Shown: piece by piece, positions 24,801 to 38,814 of the stretch
Layout: each line of letters begins with the position of its first letter
Numbering within the stretch: the first letter of the stretch is position 1
Assembly: GCA_002633005.1 (NCBI GenBank)
Contig: NMRA01000010.1
Location: 675,252-739,251, forward strand
Direction of reading: 5' to 3'
Length of the DNA: 64,000 nt
Source: Phoronis australis
Taxonomy: Eukaryota > Animalia > Phoronida
Position numbers and translations under genes: made by a program
Notes under the pieces: generated by a model
Database searches by the model: none
The model's input: only the letters and a program-made list of their open reading frames with translations
Told to the model about the DNA's origin: nothing

Positions 24801-27054
24801 TCTTTTGTAGACGTTAAGCTAAAGAGCACTTAAAGTGCACCCCAGTACATGTATGAACAAAAATGCGATTGACTACCGGTTTCTGCTCTCCGGGTGTGGC
24901 TCCTGGTGACCTTATAAGGGGGCCAACAATTCAGCTAACTAACATATAAGAAGAACCTCCAAAGCTGTTTCCAAATGAGCAATCATGCGGCATTGAACAC
25001 CGAATAACCTTTGGCAGAAAAACTACACTCCGTCTGGAAAGGTCCCCCCAGAAACTCAAAGGGATCCCCGGAAGTTAAACGAGGGCGGAACATTCAAGGT
25101 ACCACAAAACAATTCCCTGATATAGAGCACATGACACTGATCACTAAATAGCCGTAAAAGACAAAATACACTCTGAGATGGGCCCGCCAGAAACATCCAA
25201 AAATGTCAATCACGGATACAGTTGTTTACATCTTGGTGTAACAAAATTTTTTTGACGGGTTACGTCATTACCTTTGATACAAAGCGGCACAGCTTTGCAA
25301 CAAAGACGGTAAGAGGCTAATTAAATCTGACACAAATTAAATGTCATTAAAGTTACACTTATCCTTGAGCAAACCGGTCAAATTAATTACCTTTGCTAAA
25401 ATCTGTCACTCAAACCTTATTCTGCTGCTAAATTTGTGCGTCGGCATTCAACGCAATGACATAGAGCGCCACCTATTGGCCAATATTATTTCTTCGATGA
25501 TTCTTCAATTAATTATCCTTCTTCCGCAAGGTTGCGTACAATTCACTACAAATTACCGGAATAAGTTTCACTTCGTCATTAAAAGTGTTGAGTATTTAAT
25601 TACCAGCAAAACGAATTTTTGAGCAAATTTTGCTTCGAGGAAGCTGTTTTCATCTCTCGAAATATATGTCGCAAAAATAGCAAATGACTGCTGCACTTGC
25701 CACAAGCGTATTGTTTTCAAATCGACAAGCGGCTTTTCAATAACGAAAGCCGAAGAATGACTTAAGATTAAATTATTTTCGACTTAAAGCCTTTTACGGA
25801 CAAGACGAGTGTTCGGTCGTTAGCTCTATTTGTCTAAATGCCACCCACAGAACGCTGTTGAAAACTAATGTTCAAGATACAGAAAAAAAACTGATTTAAA
25901 ATAACGTGGCACCCTGAGCACCGCATGACCACGACATAAAAACTGTATCTTGGAAAGGACTGACAAAATGGGAAATCCCACAAGGATCCCCCACGAGCTA
26001 GCTCAAATACTTGAGGTACGACTGTGGACAAGAAACTACGTGTACTTGTAAACGAATCAGTACATAGCACAAAATCTATTTGATTTCGGCCTGTCAGAAA
26101 CCATAAAAAAGAACTACAGTAACAAATATTTTCACTGTAAATGCGCTTAACTAAACGACATGGAACTACCAAATACCCGGCATGTCCGTATTTTAGAAGG
26201 TCTAGACTCATAGGCCAATAAAAGTTTTCTTTAGTGTGGGCAAAATGTTTAGGTGCTGAACTTAATCTACGAAGCCAATGTTGAGGTACGGATGTGAACG
26301 CTTCCTCCACCCGCTGAAGGGTAGTTGATACCCCCCGATTTAGGCAAGTTACCTCAGTTTTTTTACTGATTTTTTACTGACGACTGGCCATGCAAATTGC
26401 ATTTAAGAACAGAAGCACAGTATCTAATCGTGTTGCTCGCCTACCTCCGCACGTAATCCGGGGACAGAAGCAATAGTTTCGCAAAGAACTCTTGAATTCG
26501 TTTTAAAGCATGTTATGGTTAACAGGTCTTTCACAATATAACTAACAGCCGTCTTAAACAAGGATGAAATTCCTTGAACAGAAACTGTGAGCCCATGAAT
26601 ATACATACGCACACACGCACGCACACATGCACACGCGCAAACACACACACATTCTGGATGATCACAGAAACGTGTTACATGCATGTACAAAAAACGTTGC
26701 CATAAATTTGTCATTGCATGACTGTTTTTGCTGGTGAAAATTCAACACTGACCGAGATTTCAGTAAAATATTAAAACTCCTCCCATGGAACTTTCAATGT
26801 CTCTTTCTTTTCCTCGAAACATTGAAGTCTCCAGTCTCTGTGCACTTGAGGTTCACCCAATGGAAACACAAAAATAAGATGAAATAATGATAGTACAAAG
26901 TATAGGCAAGAGGGTTGAGTTTGTCTCTAAACACTGGTGACATAACGCAGAGTGGAGACTCCACGATCAGCGTGATGCCGCTGTCTCCACTTTTACAACA
27001 GAAAACTTTGAAGTTGAGATGTGCAAATCACAAAAAATTACACGTATTTTGGAA

Positions 27055-27230
27055 TAAGTTTTTTGAAACAAACTAAAGTTATTATAACTTAAGTTATCAT
27101 AAATTAAGTTTTTCAAAAACTTAAGTTCCAGAAACTTAATTTTTTGAAAAACTTAATTATTTTCATTACTTAAGTTTTTAGAACTTAAATTTTTGAAAAA
27201 CCTAAGTTTTGGAAAACTTAATTTATGAAA
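27055..27230. repeat. degenerate AT-rich minisatellite of palindromic AAACTTAAGTTT-like units
   Basis: Repeated AACTTAA(G/T)TT units at roughly 16-19-bp spacing, about 550 bp upstream of the CLINT1 ATG. Confidence 0.7.
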
Positions 27231-27627
27231 ATTTTGTTCCATTTTTTTTTGCTAAAAAATTTTTTTTTCAGGCAAAAAAATTAAGTCTTTCGCTGAAGTG
27301 CAAGGGCTCGTCAGTCAAAACTCCAAGTTCGGCGGCAGTCGCGGCTCCCATAGAACGGCCAGATGAATTACAAACCCCTACATCACGTTGACTAGTTGTT
27401 GACACCAGGTGAGTTATCACCGACTGTTCCTTGTGAGCAAATGGGAAAAATGACCATGCTCTACATTTTCGTGTAATAGAGTAGACACATTAGTGTCTCC
27501 AATTACAGGGACATCACCCAAGTCCGTAATCAATACCATTTGTAGAGGGAGTCCCCGTCTCCCCCTCTCGTTAACACTGCCGTCCAGTGACTCATAAGAA
27601 AGTTCTGACCTAGATATTACTTCCTAA

Positions 27628-27649
27628 TCACGTGACAATCGCCATCTTG
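27628..27649 (+). promoter_or_regulatory. CLINT1 proximal promoter motifs (CLEAR-type E-box and YY1-like site)
   Basis: TCACGTGAC at 27628-27636 and CGCCATCTTG at 27640-27649, about 125-145 bp upstream of the ATG. Confidence 0.45.
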
Positions 27650-27771
27650 CATATTTGGATGGGGGAGTAGCGAATCAAGGTCTTCAAAAAGATCGTCCAT
27701 CATCTTTTTATTTTGGTTGTATTACGGACTTTCATCTTTGTATATGAAGTAAAAATACTTTACCTTCAATA

Positions 27772-30700
27772 ATGTGGAAGATAAGAGAAATTACCGACAA
27801 AGTGTAAGTAAATATTGTGTTTATTGTGAGGCCGGTTGTCCGTAGATTCGTAGCTTCCGGTTGAGCTTGTCAGTTATCTGTGACACGCAAGCGGAATGTA
27901 ATGCCCCCGAGAAGTTCAAATCGCAAACACCTTCCTCTTTCTTCTCATGATAGGGAAAGTTTCTGGATGTGTGATCTGTCTCGAACACAATCCCTTTACG
28001 CAGCCATTCTGGTCTTTGAAAACGGTTTAAAACTGAATTGGTAAAAAATCCAAGACCCAGATGGCGAATACTATTGGGGGCAAAATACACGTTCACAGGT
28101 TGGTGGGAGGGGCAGCACTGTTTTCCTTAATCCTGAAAGTGGTGAACGCACTATGGCTTGGACGTGGGTTAAACACATTTACAGACAGACATCAAACTCT
28201 TGACTCACACGAAAAATTTTAGTTCACTGTTCAGAACCAGGCCACAGTAGGATTAGAAGTCAGAAAATACGTGTGCGTGTGTTGGTTCATGTTGCTGATT
28301 TTGAGAACTGCGATTTTCAAAGAAATTTGTAATATACAACTTCACAGTTGTTTCAAATCATACCTGGATAATAATACAATCATTCCAGTTTCTGTTCGTA
28401 TTTCCTTCACAAGAATTTGCTATACAAACTAAAGGAATTAGTCATTAAAAAGACCACTTGCAAAAACGAAACTTCTTCGTCTGTTTCTGCTTCTGCCAGA
28501 ACAAAATATCAAAGTCTACGCTAGGTTTCAAATGAAATTAAAGTAAAGGATGGTCAGTAGGTTAACTTTTGAGATCTTTTTTCAAATCACGGCATAACTT
28601 TACAGTAAAGTTACTCAGTGATAAAACAGCGTCGGGAATAAGATGTTTACATTTCTGCATTCAGTACATAACTGACATTATACACAAGGGTTTTTTCTTG
28701 GGAAATTAGCACTGCATCATTCTTGTGCGTCGATACATCATTCGGCCTGATGGATGTTTTTTGAAAGGAACTTGTCAATTGTTTGATTTGCAAAAGTTGG
28801 AATAGTGGGCAATAGTCTGATATAACGTGCCTGTATTTTGAGAGCCAGTTTGATGCCTGTTATTTAGTTGAGAAAACTGGTTTTCAAAATTCGGGCACGC
28901 TATATCATACCATTTTGTGCGTACATATTGCGAATGTTTATTGCTTAGATTTATGTAGTTTGTTATTTATTTATTTATTCATTATTGCAATATTTACAAT
29001 AAGGGTAGCCCCACAAGTTCTAACTGCTTTCAATGGGGACATCTTCAGTCCTAGAATTTTAATGGGTGTTATTTTGCAATGTGTATTTTCTTCTATTTCA
29101 AATTGCGTACTGACCTACTCTAATACTAGTGTCAGTTAGAGTGTGCTGATTTAACTCTGCGTTGGCAACTAACCTGACTGTTCGGGTTACAGGAAATCCT
29201 TTGAATTTTCAGTCCGTATACTTCTATTTCAGAGATCATGGGTGACCAGTGCCACTCTCTGGCTCACACCTCAGTTATTAGGCTTGTCAGGGCTTTTTGA
29301 GTGTTGAAATGGCGGTTATTCAGAAATACATGATTTCTCAAAACAGGTTATAGATAGAACTGGACATGATCGCTGGGTGTACCGTTGACCAAAAAACATC
29401 TATTCGGCATCTATTTGAGAAAGATGAGTGAGGTCAATTTTATACTCCTATTTCACTCTTTTCACTCGAATTTTCGAGTGTTTACACGCTTTTGTCGAGG
29501 GTTGCAAATGATGTATTTTTCAAAAACTTGGTTAAAACCTCTGTTTACAAGGAGGCTATTGTCCAGAAAAAAGGACTATAAGGAGACTGTTTATTTGCTC
29601 TCCTCGCATAGGATAGTGTGCCTAACCACTCAGAGAATCTGCTCGCCAATCGCCACCTGGGCCACCAGCTAATCAAGCTCAACTCGCCCAGTGCTGTTTT
29701 AGTAACATTGGCAACTGAGGAAGTGGCTATGTATATCTTTGCTTCTTTTGCTTATAGCACCAATGTAGTAATGAACTACACTGAGGTGGAGACTAAGGTG
29801 CGAGAGGCAACCAACGATGAGGCGTGGGGTCCTACAGGTAAACTGATGCAGGAGATTGCCCAGTACACGTTCACCTACGAACACTTCCCTGAAGCAATGG
29901 GCATGTTATGGAAGCGCATGCTGACAGATTCTAATAAAAACTGGCGACGTACATACAAAGTGAGTTCTTGTGCATGTTACTAGGGTGACGTTAGCTTAGA
30001 GCAAGGAGGCAGTGTGGCCTGGAGGGATAAGTGTCCACTTCCTTTACTCAAGGCCGTGGGTTCGAGTCCCACTGGGGCACACTGATAGACCCTTGGGTCA
30101 GGTCTCTAGCTCCTCAGCTCACTTTTATCTACATACTAATAAAGCGTAAGATGATTTCAGGTGATGAGTTCAATGAGATCACCTGTACTGCCTACGCACC
30201 TCCTAGCAAAAAGACGCCATCCATCCAGGCATACTCAGGGATGTTGGCGTACATTTTCTTTGATTTTGCTGGCTTATCACTTTCAACTCTTGCCAGCAAG
30301 ATTTGTCAACCAAGAGTTACTGCTATAACTTGTAAAAAGCGTCTGCAAGTTGTGAAATCATGTGTACGATGAGTGCGACGGGGTGTGTATTTAATGGAGT
30401 TGGGGGTATTGGCGGACATCAGTCCTTTCAAAGTGGCTAAAGGATTTCAGATGGTTTAGACAATTTGGCTAATATATGAAAGAGTCTTAATTACAACATT
30501 TACAAGCCTAGCTATATATACTACCAGGTGTGTAAGCCATATGATTTGAAAATGGAATAGCTTAAGGCACTAATTGTGCCACAGGCAAATAAGACTTATG
30601 TTGAAATATTGGTAGTGGTGGATAAGCTTTTTAACTTGGTCTGCTTTCTGTGGTTCTTCACATTCATTTTCATTGTTTATTTAGCTCTGTTTGGAATACA

Positions 30701-33700
30701 GGGTAGGTTCTAAACAAAATTCAGTCACGGATTTAACAAGACATAGCTACTTCATTTCCTAGCTGTCTGTTTCAGTGAGCGTATTGAATTTAACTTGTTC
30801 TTGCACTCGTGTAAACAAATGTTCATTTCTAGCTTTGATGCAGTGTTATGTGAAAGTGAGATGTCATCTTCTATTCACAACCCAACACTGGTATCAATGA
30901 CGATATTGAATTGATCCAGGTCTATCCCCTGTGTAAACACGTGCTCATGAATTGCCACATCTGTTGGCGTTACACATGTCCTGTGGTCAATAACTTTGTC
31001 TGTTTCCAGGGCCTACTCCTGCTGAGTTACCTTATACGGAATGGCTCGGAAAGAGTGGTTACATCTGCGAGGGAGCATATATACGACATGAGAGCACTAG
31101 AAAACTATAAGTTCATCGATGAAAATGGAAAAGACCAGGGAACAAATGGTACCTCTTTGTCTTTTGGAATTTGAAGTCAAGCTTATTGTGTGGACAGGGC
31201 CCACCATGCCTTGATTTTGGGGGCCAATCATATGCCCTGTTTCCCGCTGAAAATATTTGAAGTTCAAGCAAAATTACCCTCATGGTTGGAGTCGCTCTCA
31301 AATCACATCAAGCCTTGGCTTAGCAGGTTTCATTAGGTGCCAAAATCTGCGCTTCACATGCCTACTAATGTTTTTAGCCTCCATGTGGACTAATGGAACT
31401 GGTGGTGGCCGGAGGATGGGAGGGGGTTTACCCCCAATCAAAAAGATTCCCCTTTCATTTTCCCCTCAGGTAAGCAAGAGGGTTGGCATTGGTGAATGAA
31501 TCTAAATCTGTCCAGAGTGGCTCTTCAACTGGTATATGTCTCTTCAGGGACAAGACAATCGTTTTGACTGTTTTTTACGTCTCTTGTGAACTCAGCTCTT
31601 GTGGATTTCGGTACTTTCAAGTGTGTTTGCGTTGCTGCACTAGCTAGTCACAGCACTTACTAACTAAATGCAAATATCCAGAAAATTAACTCTGACAATC
31701 TGTGTTGTAGTGCGCCATAAAGTCAAAGACATCCTTGACTTTATTCAAGACGACGAGAGGCTTAGGGACGAGAGGAAAAAGGCGAAGAAAAATAAAGACA
31801 AGTACATAGGCCTGGCCAGTGACACGGCGGGTTTCTCAAGGGGCTACAGTAAGTTGTCTTCTACGTAGCAGAATGCATAGATATTGATGAGGCTATTTTG
31901 GGTGATTGCCGTGTGTTGTGAAGAATTTTGGCAAAAAAATTCCCATTGGCCTCCCCAATTCCTGCATCCCTGATAGAGCTTTTCTTTTTTGTGGGTAGGA
32001 AAGCACACTGTATAATTGAAAACTAGGGTAGCTATTGAGCACAGTCGTAGTAAGGATGAACTATTTTTTTTATCGCGCCCCACTATGGTGTTCAAAATTT
32101 TTGATGTCTCCATTCCCTCTGTCTTTGCAACAGTAAAATCTTATTGTACGGGAATGATAAAATGTCAAACTAATCTCAGTGCAAGGCAGAATACAGCTGT
32201 TGGACATGTGTTCTGTGGGCACGCAGCGCTATGAGCAAATATTGCAGGATTGGACAGGGCTGTGCTATATTATGGGAAGTGTATTGATTGATGATTTGTG
32301 GACTCCCACACCTGACTATGCTGACCTTGACTGCGTCTAGAATACATACCAGTTCCATTGTTGGCCTGTATGTGTTTTTGCGTCATTTGAGTCAATTAAG
32401 CCACAAAAGATGCATAATGAGTTCATGAGGGCATCAGTGCCGACAAAATTTCGATATATTGTGAGAAATAAAAATTCTAAGAAGAGAGATCCTCTATTAT
32501 ATTTCTTGATCGTCTAGAGTGTTGTCCATGATTAACCTACTTTTTCCAGTCTGCCAAGGGCACCATTATGCACTAGGCTAATGATTTCTGTATTGTTTTC
32601 CCCAACTCCAAGAAATTGAAATGGAAATTTTTGGAAGTTGGATCCACTGGACCCACTATTTGGAAGTGTAAGGCAACCAAGGCCTTTTTGTGTTCAAGGA
32701 ACCTTGATTTAAAATGTGTCTGTTTTCCGTATCTGTCTTGTGTTACAAATGCCTTGTGAATGTCATTTATCCTTGAAGCTGTTCTCTTTATTCAACCAGC
32801 TTTTATAACGCAGTATGTTTGAATGCATTTTTAGTGTAGCTTTTGCATTTAGTTTACCCTGGTTAACATCATGGCTTCTAGCAGTTGCCGTAGGACCCTG
32901 TTTCAAAGTAGGCTGCTCTGTGCTTGTGGCATTTAGGTGATTGCTAATGAATTCAAAACAGGAGATGGCTTAAATGAGTTGTATATACCAAGGGGAAAGG
33001 TAATTTCCCTGCTGACATTTGTCGTGACTTGTGAATGTGATCTTGGCGATCTTTCCATTTTCACCGTGTTGCCATGTCGACTCCGTTGTGTATTGCAGCC
33101 TCCAGCTCCTCTTGGTCTTCAGACTATGGTAATGAGAAGCACCCCTTCCTCTTCACTACTGCTGACACCTGTTGATCATATTTCACCTTGTCCTTTCTAG
33201 TACACACTCGCTGCTTCGTTTCTCAAAGAATTGCTTCCTCAGCTGCACACTCACACAGATGCTCCTTTACACTAGTCTACAGTTAGAGTGTGTATTCACA
33301 CTGTCAGACCTGTGTTATCCAGTGTCCATCTCGTTTTCCTGTTTACGCTAATTGATCTCATCCTGGCTTAGTTTACTTTATAACAACAATTCGACTGTGT
33401 TTATTCTACCATTGTGTGCTTTGTTATCAACTTATGTGTGAACCTTGTGTATAGTGTAAAACATTACTTTTGACAGACAGTAGGTAATCTATATTACATG
33501 ATTCACACAAATTGGATGCAACCAAGCTTATTCCGTTGCAACATTGGTTATTTTTGAAGCCCTGACCATTCGAATCTTGCCACTAGACCTGACATGGTTC
33601 AGAGTTTGACTAGTGGTTCAATTCAAAACATGTTTAAAATTGTGTAGAGGTGGAAGCTTACCACACGTGGTAGTCTCATCTAGAGCGCCGCGTTCTCTAA

Positions 33701-36700
33701 GTTTGTAGCCTCTCACCTTCTTCATCTGTTCCAATCGGGCGTCGCTCTTATCAATCCCCTTAATCATGTGTTGTCCACTACTCTCAGGTGATCGCTATGA
33801 TGAGGAGCCGCGCTATCCCAAGCCTAGGCGACACCAGCTGGACGAGATCGACACGTTCGATGGGCAGAAGTCTGTGGCAGAGGAGGCCATTGATAAAGTG
33901 AAGGACTTCTGGAACCGACACAAACCCAGTGGACCTGGTGGTGGTGGTGGTAACACCAATGATTATGAGTAGGTGGCGCCGGTTGTGTTGGTACACGCAA
34001 TCGTGTTTAGTCTTCTCTACAACTGAAAACCCAAATATGTCAGAACACAAATGTGCTCGAACCACAGGGTGACCAATGTTCTCTGTAGTGCAAAAGTAGT
34101 TGATGTGTACACTTACATGCCTTGTTTTTTAAGGTTTTCAACAAGTCACATTTTGCCAAACGTCTACAAAACTATGGATTTTAATTTGGTAAAATTCAAT
34201 ATTTTCTGAAAATAGAAAGCATGTATAATTGGATTTTTGACTTCATACTGCAACCACTTGGGTCATGTGACCACATGTTTTTAGTAAATTTTAGCAAAGA
34301 AGAAAGCCACACTCATACAAAATAAAGGTGTCTTTAAGATGATCGAATTTTGCGTGACATAAATGTTTAAGATTGAATCTCAATAATGAGTAACCATTTT
34401 CTAAATTATGAGACATTCAAACGTGCTGGGGGCTATTGAATTGTTTCGCAACTGCTGACAAACAGGTAGCGACAAAAACCTATTAGTGGGAAACACTGTT
34501 ACTACAGTGCCATGCTGCAGTGTTTGTGAGTTGTGTAATCCTAGAAGTTTGTTTGCTTGTCTTTGCGCATTAAATTGAATGTTATCTCAGTTTCAATGGT
34601 TGGTCCTGTTCACCAAACTAGTGAACCGTAATTATGGATTGCTGTGATGTGTGGGTTAATGGAGTCGTGTTGTCACGTACCATTACTGGTCTTTGTCCCG
34701 CCAAAGCACAAAGAACTTTTAAGTGGCCAGTTGCTTCAGCATCCCTCCAAGTGGATTTAAGTGGACTTAAGTGCGTGCGTTTTCCGATTCTAGTTCTGAC
34801 AATGACTTTCACTTTATGGACGAAGACGTTCACCGGTCATCTAGTCGTGACTTTAGGGACGATGCCGATGACGACTACGAGTCCTACAAGGCGGAGAGAA
34901 GGCGGCATAAAAAGCTTGACATGGGAGCTGCAACTAATTATGGTAGATCACACGTAAGTGTTGCGTCGAACAAATCTCTTGACAATGTGCTGTAAATTGT
35001 AATTTTCATGCATTGGGGTGTTTTGTATTATCACTGGGGCTTGATCAACCTGAGGTTGTATGTTGATGTACATTTATATTTTGTGTTATTACATCCTGTT
35101 ACAAAATATTGTGTTGAACATTTATATATTGTTCTCTCGGTCTACAAATAATGTTTTTGCCTTGTAGACTCTATATATGCAGTTGTACTTGCACAGTCTT
35201 GAAATCAAATGAACAATTAAAACAGACGTGGTTGCAAGCATTGCATGTGATTGAAACCTCGATATTTCATTTTTATGTCTGACAGCAAGTCTTTTTGAAT
35301 ATATTTGGCAACATGTTTATCTGTATCTTGAAGAGAGGATTTGGAATTTTTCATTGACACTTGAAAGATACCAGGCAAAACAGTCTCTTCTTTTTTCAGT
35401 AAATTTGCTATTTTTAGGACCTATTCTCTTTTTATTAGAGCTCATGGGATATAAGATTCTTGAATAAGGGGAAGTTTCATTCTTTCCCTACATTGCATTT
35501 TATACTAATAAGTTAACTCATGGTTAACAATTAGGGTTTTGTGACTTGTAGAGTCGTAACTCTTCGGCAAGTAATCCCAGCGAATTCCATGATGCCTCAC
35601 CTCAGTCCAACAGGGGGCAGCGGGACAAGTTTGCTGCCGACTTTGGTGCTGCAAGTGCCAATGGAGATTTTGCCGACTTTGCCCAGGCGCGGGCATCAAG
35701 TAAATCATCGTCGCCCAATAAAACTGCAGGTAGTTTGTGGTTGTTTAGTTGGTTGTTGGCTACAAGTTAATAATTCAAGTCCTTCCTTAAAAAAGTGCTG
35801 GTGGCCTGATGTAATTTGCGGTGCACCAGACGTGCGCAGGCCTCATAGTTGGGCTCATTGCACCAAACACCTGAGCTAAAGCACGAGAGCCCATTATGGT
35901 TCTTTGTGAAGGAAGTTTACAAGTCTACCTGTCTCGTTTAACAAAACGGACGGACGTTTCCATTTGTTGCCGTGCACTATATGCTGTAGGCATGTAACAG
36001 TGCCATCCATGTATGGTTTGTTATCAATGGTTTGAGAGTTCTGTTTATATCCTGTGTAAACATGGAAGAGGTGCATTGGTGCTGGTGTTTTTTTATGTCA
36101 GATTTTCACGCTTTGAACACATCTTTATACTTCATCCTTTTCCTTCCAGATGGAGATTTTGCAGATTTTTCAAGTTTTCAATCTAGTACAACAGCTAGTC
36201 CACAAAAAAGGTAGGCACGTTTACACTGAGTTAATATGCTCTTAGTTGTAATGTAACTGAGCCCGTTATATGGTGTTGAATGTAATTGTTACTCAAGAGC
36301 TTGACGTTGTTTTGACGTGATAAACTCTCAAAAACCGTGACATTTTCTTTAACATTGAACTTGCCCTTCTATGAAAGTAGCCAAAGATGTGCAAAAATTT
36401 ATATCAAGGCTTAGAATTTTCGTCTTCTAAGAGGATTTCATCTTTTTTTGGTTTTGACTTTCTTTTTATGATTTCAAGTTTCCCCTTTTTTTCTCTTTTT
36501 TATCATTATTTTGACTTTATTCATGCAAAAACGTTTATTTCACTTAAAATTTAATACACAAAAATATTTGCATCACAAGTCTATTTGTGGAATGATACAT
36601 AGCCTGAAATATTTTCCTCATTGGTCATTCCAAGCCCTGTTATATGATAAACTTGAATGCCAGGAAACTGACTGGTTTAATAGTTTGTCATTCATGTAAC

Positions 36701-38761
36701 TACAGCACAGGACAAAAAATAAACAACATATTTTTTCCCCTGTCATGAAGGCTAATTAACTTATCGCAAGCTCCGCCCCCTTCTGAAATGACGACAAACA
36801 AACAAATAACAAGCTTTACCCATTAACGTGTTGTTTGTCCGGTAAAATGGTAGCTTGGAAACGAAGGTGGGTCAAGAATGCTGCATTCTACATGGTCAGT
36901 TAAGCCGTCACTCAATCCTGGCGATAGGTTAATTGGCTAACTGCAAAACAGTGATGACTATTATGACTGTAAAGTTCTAATTACAGAATGGCTGAGTTTC
37001 TTTACTTTTACAAGTCAATGTTCATTTCCCTTCATTCTCAGTCATGAAGGAAAACTCTGATGTATAATTCAACTTATGCACAGCCGTCATGGAGCGGAAT
37101 TCTTGAGTCATTTTGTCTGAACACTTTTGGCGTGAACTAGATGACATGTTTGATGGCTTCACGTACTAAAACCAATTGTCAGCCTTATGCTTGCAGTCAT
37201 GTGTCTGAATTACTAGTCGGTGATACCATTACTGTTGTGTGAGTGGGCAGGTTTTAGAATTGTATGGCTGTAAGCTGTTTGTAGTTGTCATATTCCTTAT
37301 TGAGTAATCGCATTCATTTTGGTATTCATTGTTTATCAGGATTTACTGCATTATCATACAGATTATTTTGTTCATACTTTTTGCTAGTTTCCATGAGAGT
37401 TTACTCGGATCAATGTTTTAGTAAGAGTTTTGGCGAGGGCTTTTTGCACGGAAGCTTTGAATAGTCACCTCTCCACCATCCTCAGTTTCCGGTTGTACAT
37501 TTTCAGTCAAAACACGTCAAACGATTTTGGCAATTTTGCCTCATTCCCGAGTCCCAGTGCCAAACCGTCTGTAGTGCCACCTCCAGTATCAAATACAACC
37601 CCTTCATCGACGACGTCACAAAATGCCTCGGCACTAGACGACCTCATGGGCCTGTCAGAGACGCCAGCACCACCAGTCAGTTTGCTCCAGCCAATGTCTG
37701 CCCAGCCACTACAGCCAACAGTGAGCGGGCTACAGCAAAGTTCTCCACAAGTGCCCATGGGACAACAAAACATGGGCCAGATGCCCTTAGGACAGCCACA
37801 AACAATGGGCCAAATGCCCATGGGACAACGACAAACAATGGGCCAAATGCCCATGGGACAGCCTCAAACAATGGGCCAAATGCCCATAGGACAACCACAA
37901 ACAATGGGCCAAGTGCCCATGGGACAGCCACAGGCAATGGGCCAAATGCCCATAGGACAGCCACAAACAATTGGCCAAATGCCCATAGGACAACCACAAA
38001 CAATGGGCCAGATGCCAGTGGGCCAGATGCCTATGGGCCAGATGCCAATGGGCCAGATGCCAATGGGCCAGATGCCAATGGGTCAGATGAATATGGGACA
38101 ACAGGGCTTTAACCAAATGAGACCTATGGGTCAACCGATGCAGCAGGGCATGATGCCGAGCACACCGTCAATGATGACACCCCAGGTGAGTGATGAATGC
38201 ATGTCAGGCTGGATTGTAGACGATCTGAGAATAAGATCACGTGACGTAGAGACCATCCTCTATAGTCTTTTCCTAGTTAACTTTACGCTGAAATTGGACT
38301 GTGGTTATTCCGAGGCGCATATTGCTGCAGCAAAATGTCAGTGTAAGCACAAGTTTGTGTGAAACAGCGCAATTGACTAGTTCAAGTTAGATGACCCTAA
38401 ATTTTTCATTTCAACTTCTTTTAGGTGTAAGTCATTTTATGAGCACATTGACAATAATATTAACAACAAACAGGTGGCAAATTGGAAACATCTTGCGCCC
38501 AATTACGATGTTTGGTTAAAAGTGGTAGAGAATGTCTTGTTGGACTTGTATGTTTGCATGCGAAAACTTAGCTCACCTGTATGCTATTGAAGGCTGTTAA
38601 ATTTGTGTGTTAGATGATGGCACTAATGGTGTGCCGGGTTTGCCAATATTCACTTGAGAACCCACGTTTTAAGACTGATCGTTTCTTTTATTCTCTTGTG
38701 TTGGTGTTGTCCTCACATGGTCAAGCATTTATCAAATGGCTGTTGTTTACACTTAAAAAAA

Positions 38762-38814
<53 letters not shown>

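Noticed and set aside
25834-26310. 158-aa minus-strand ORF
   Set aside because: Non-ATG start, composition typical of random AT-rich sequence, no motif.
30005-30080. Functional tRNA gene
   Set aside because: A and B boxes are present, but there is no consistent acceptor or anticodon stem pairing and no oligo-T terminator right after; better explained as a SINE.
37042-37060. Extra CLINT1 exon after the acceptor-like site at 37041 (similarly at 38892)
   Set aside because: Immediate in-frame stops and weak donors; unsupported without transcript data.
37507-38134. Antisense ORFs with His/Trp or hydrophobic repeats (HWHLA, WAFGPL)
   Set aside because: Shadows of the CLINT1 coding repeat on the opposite strand.
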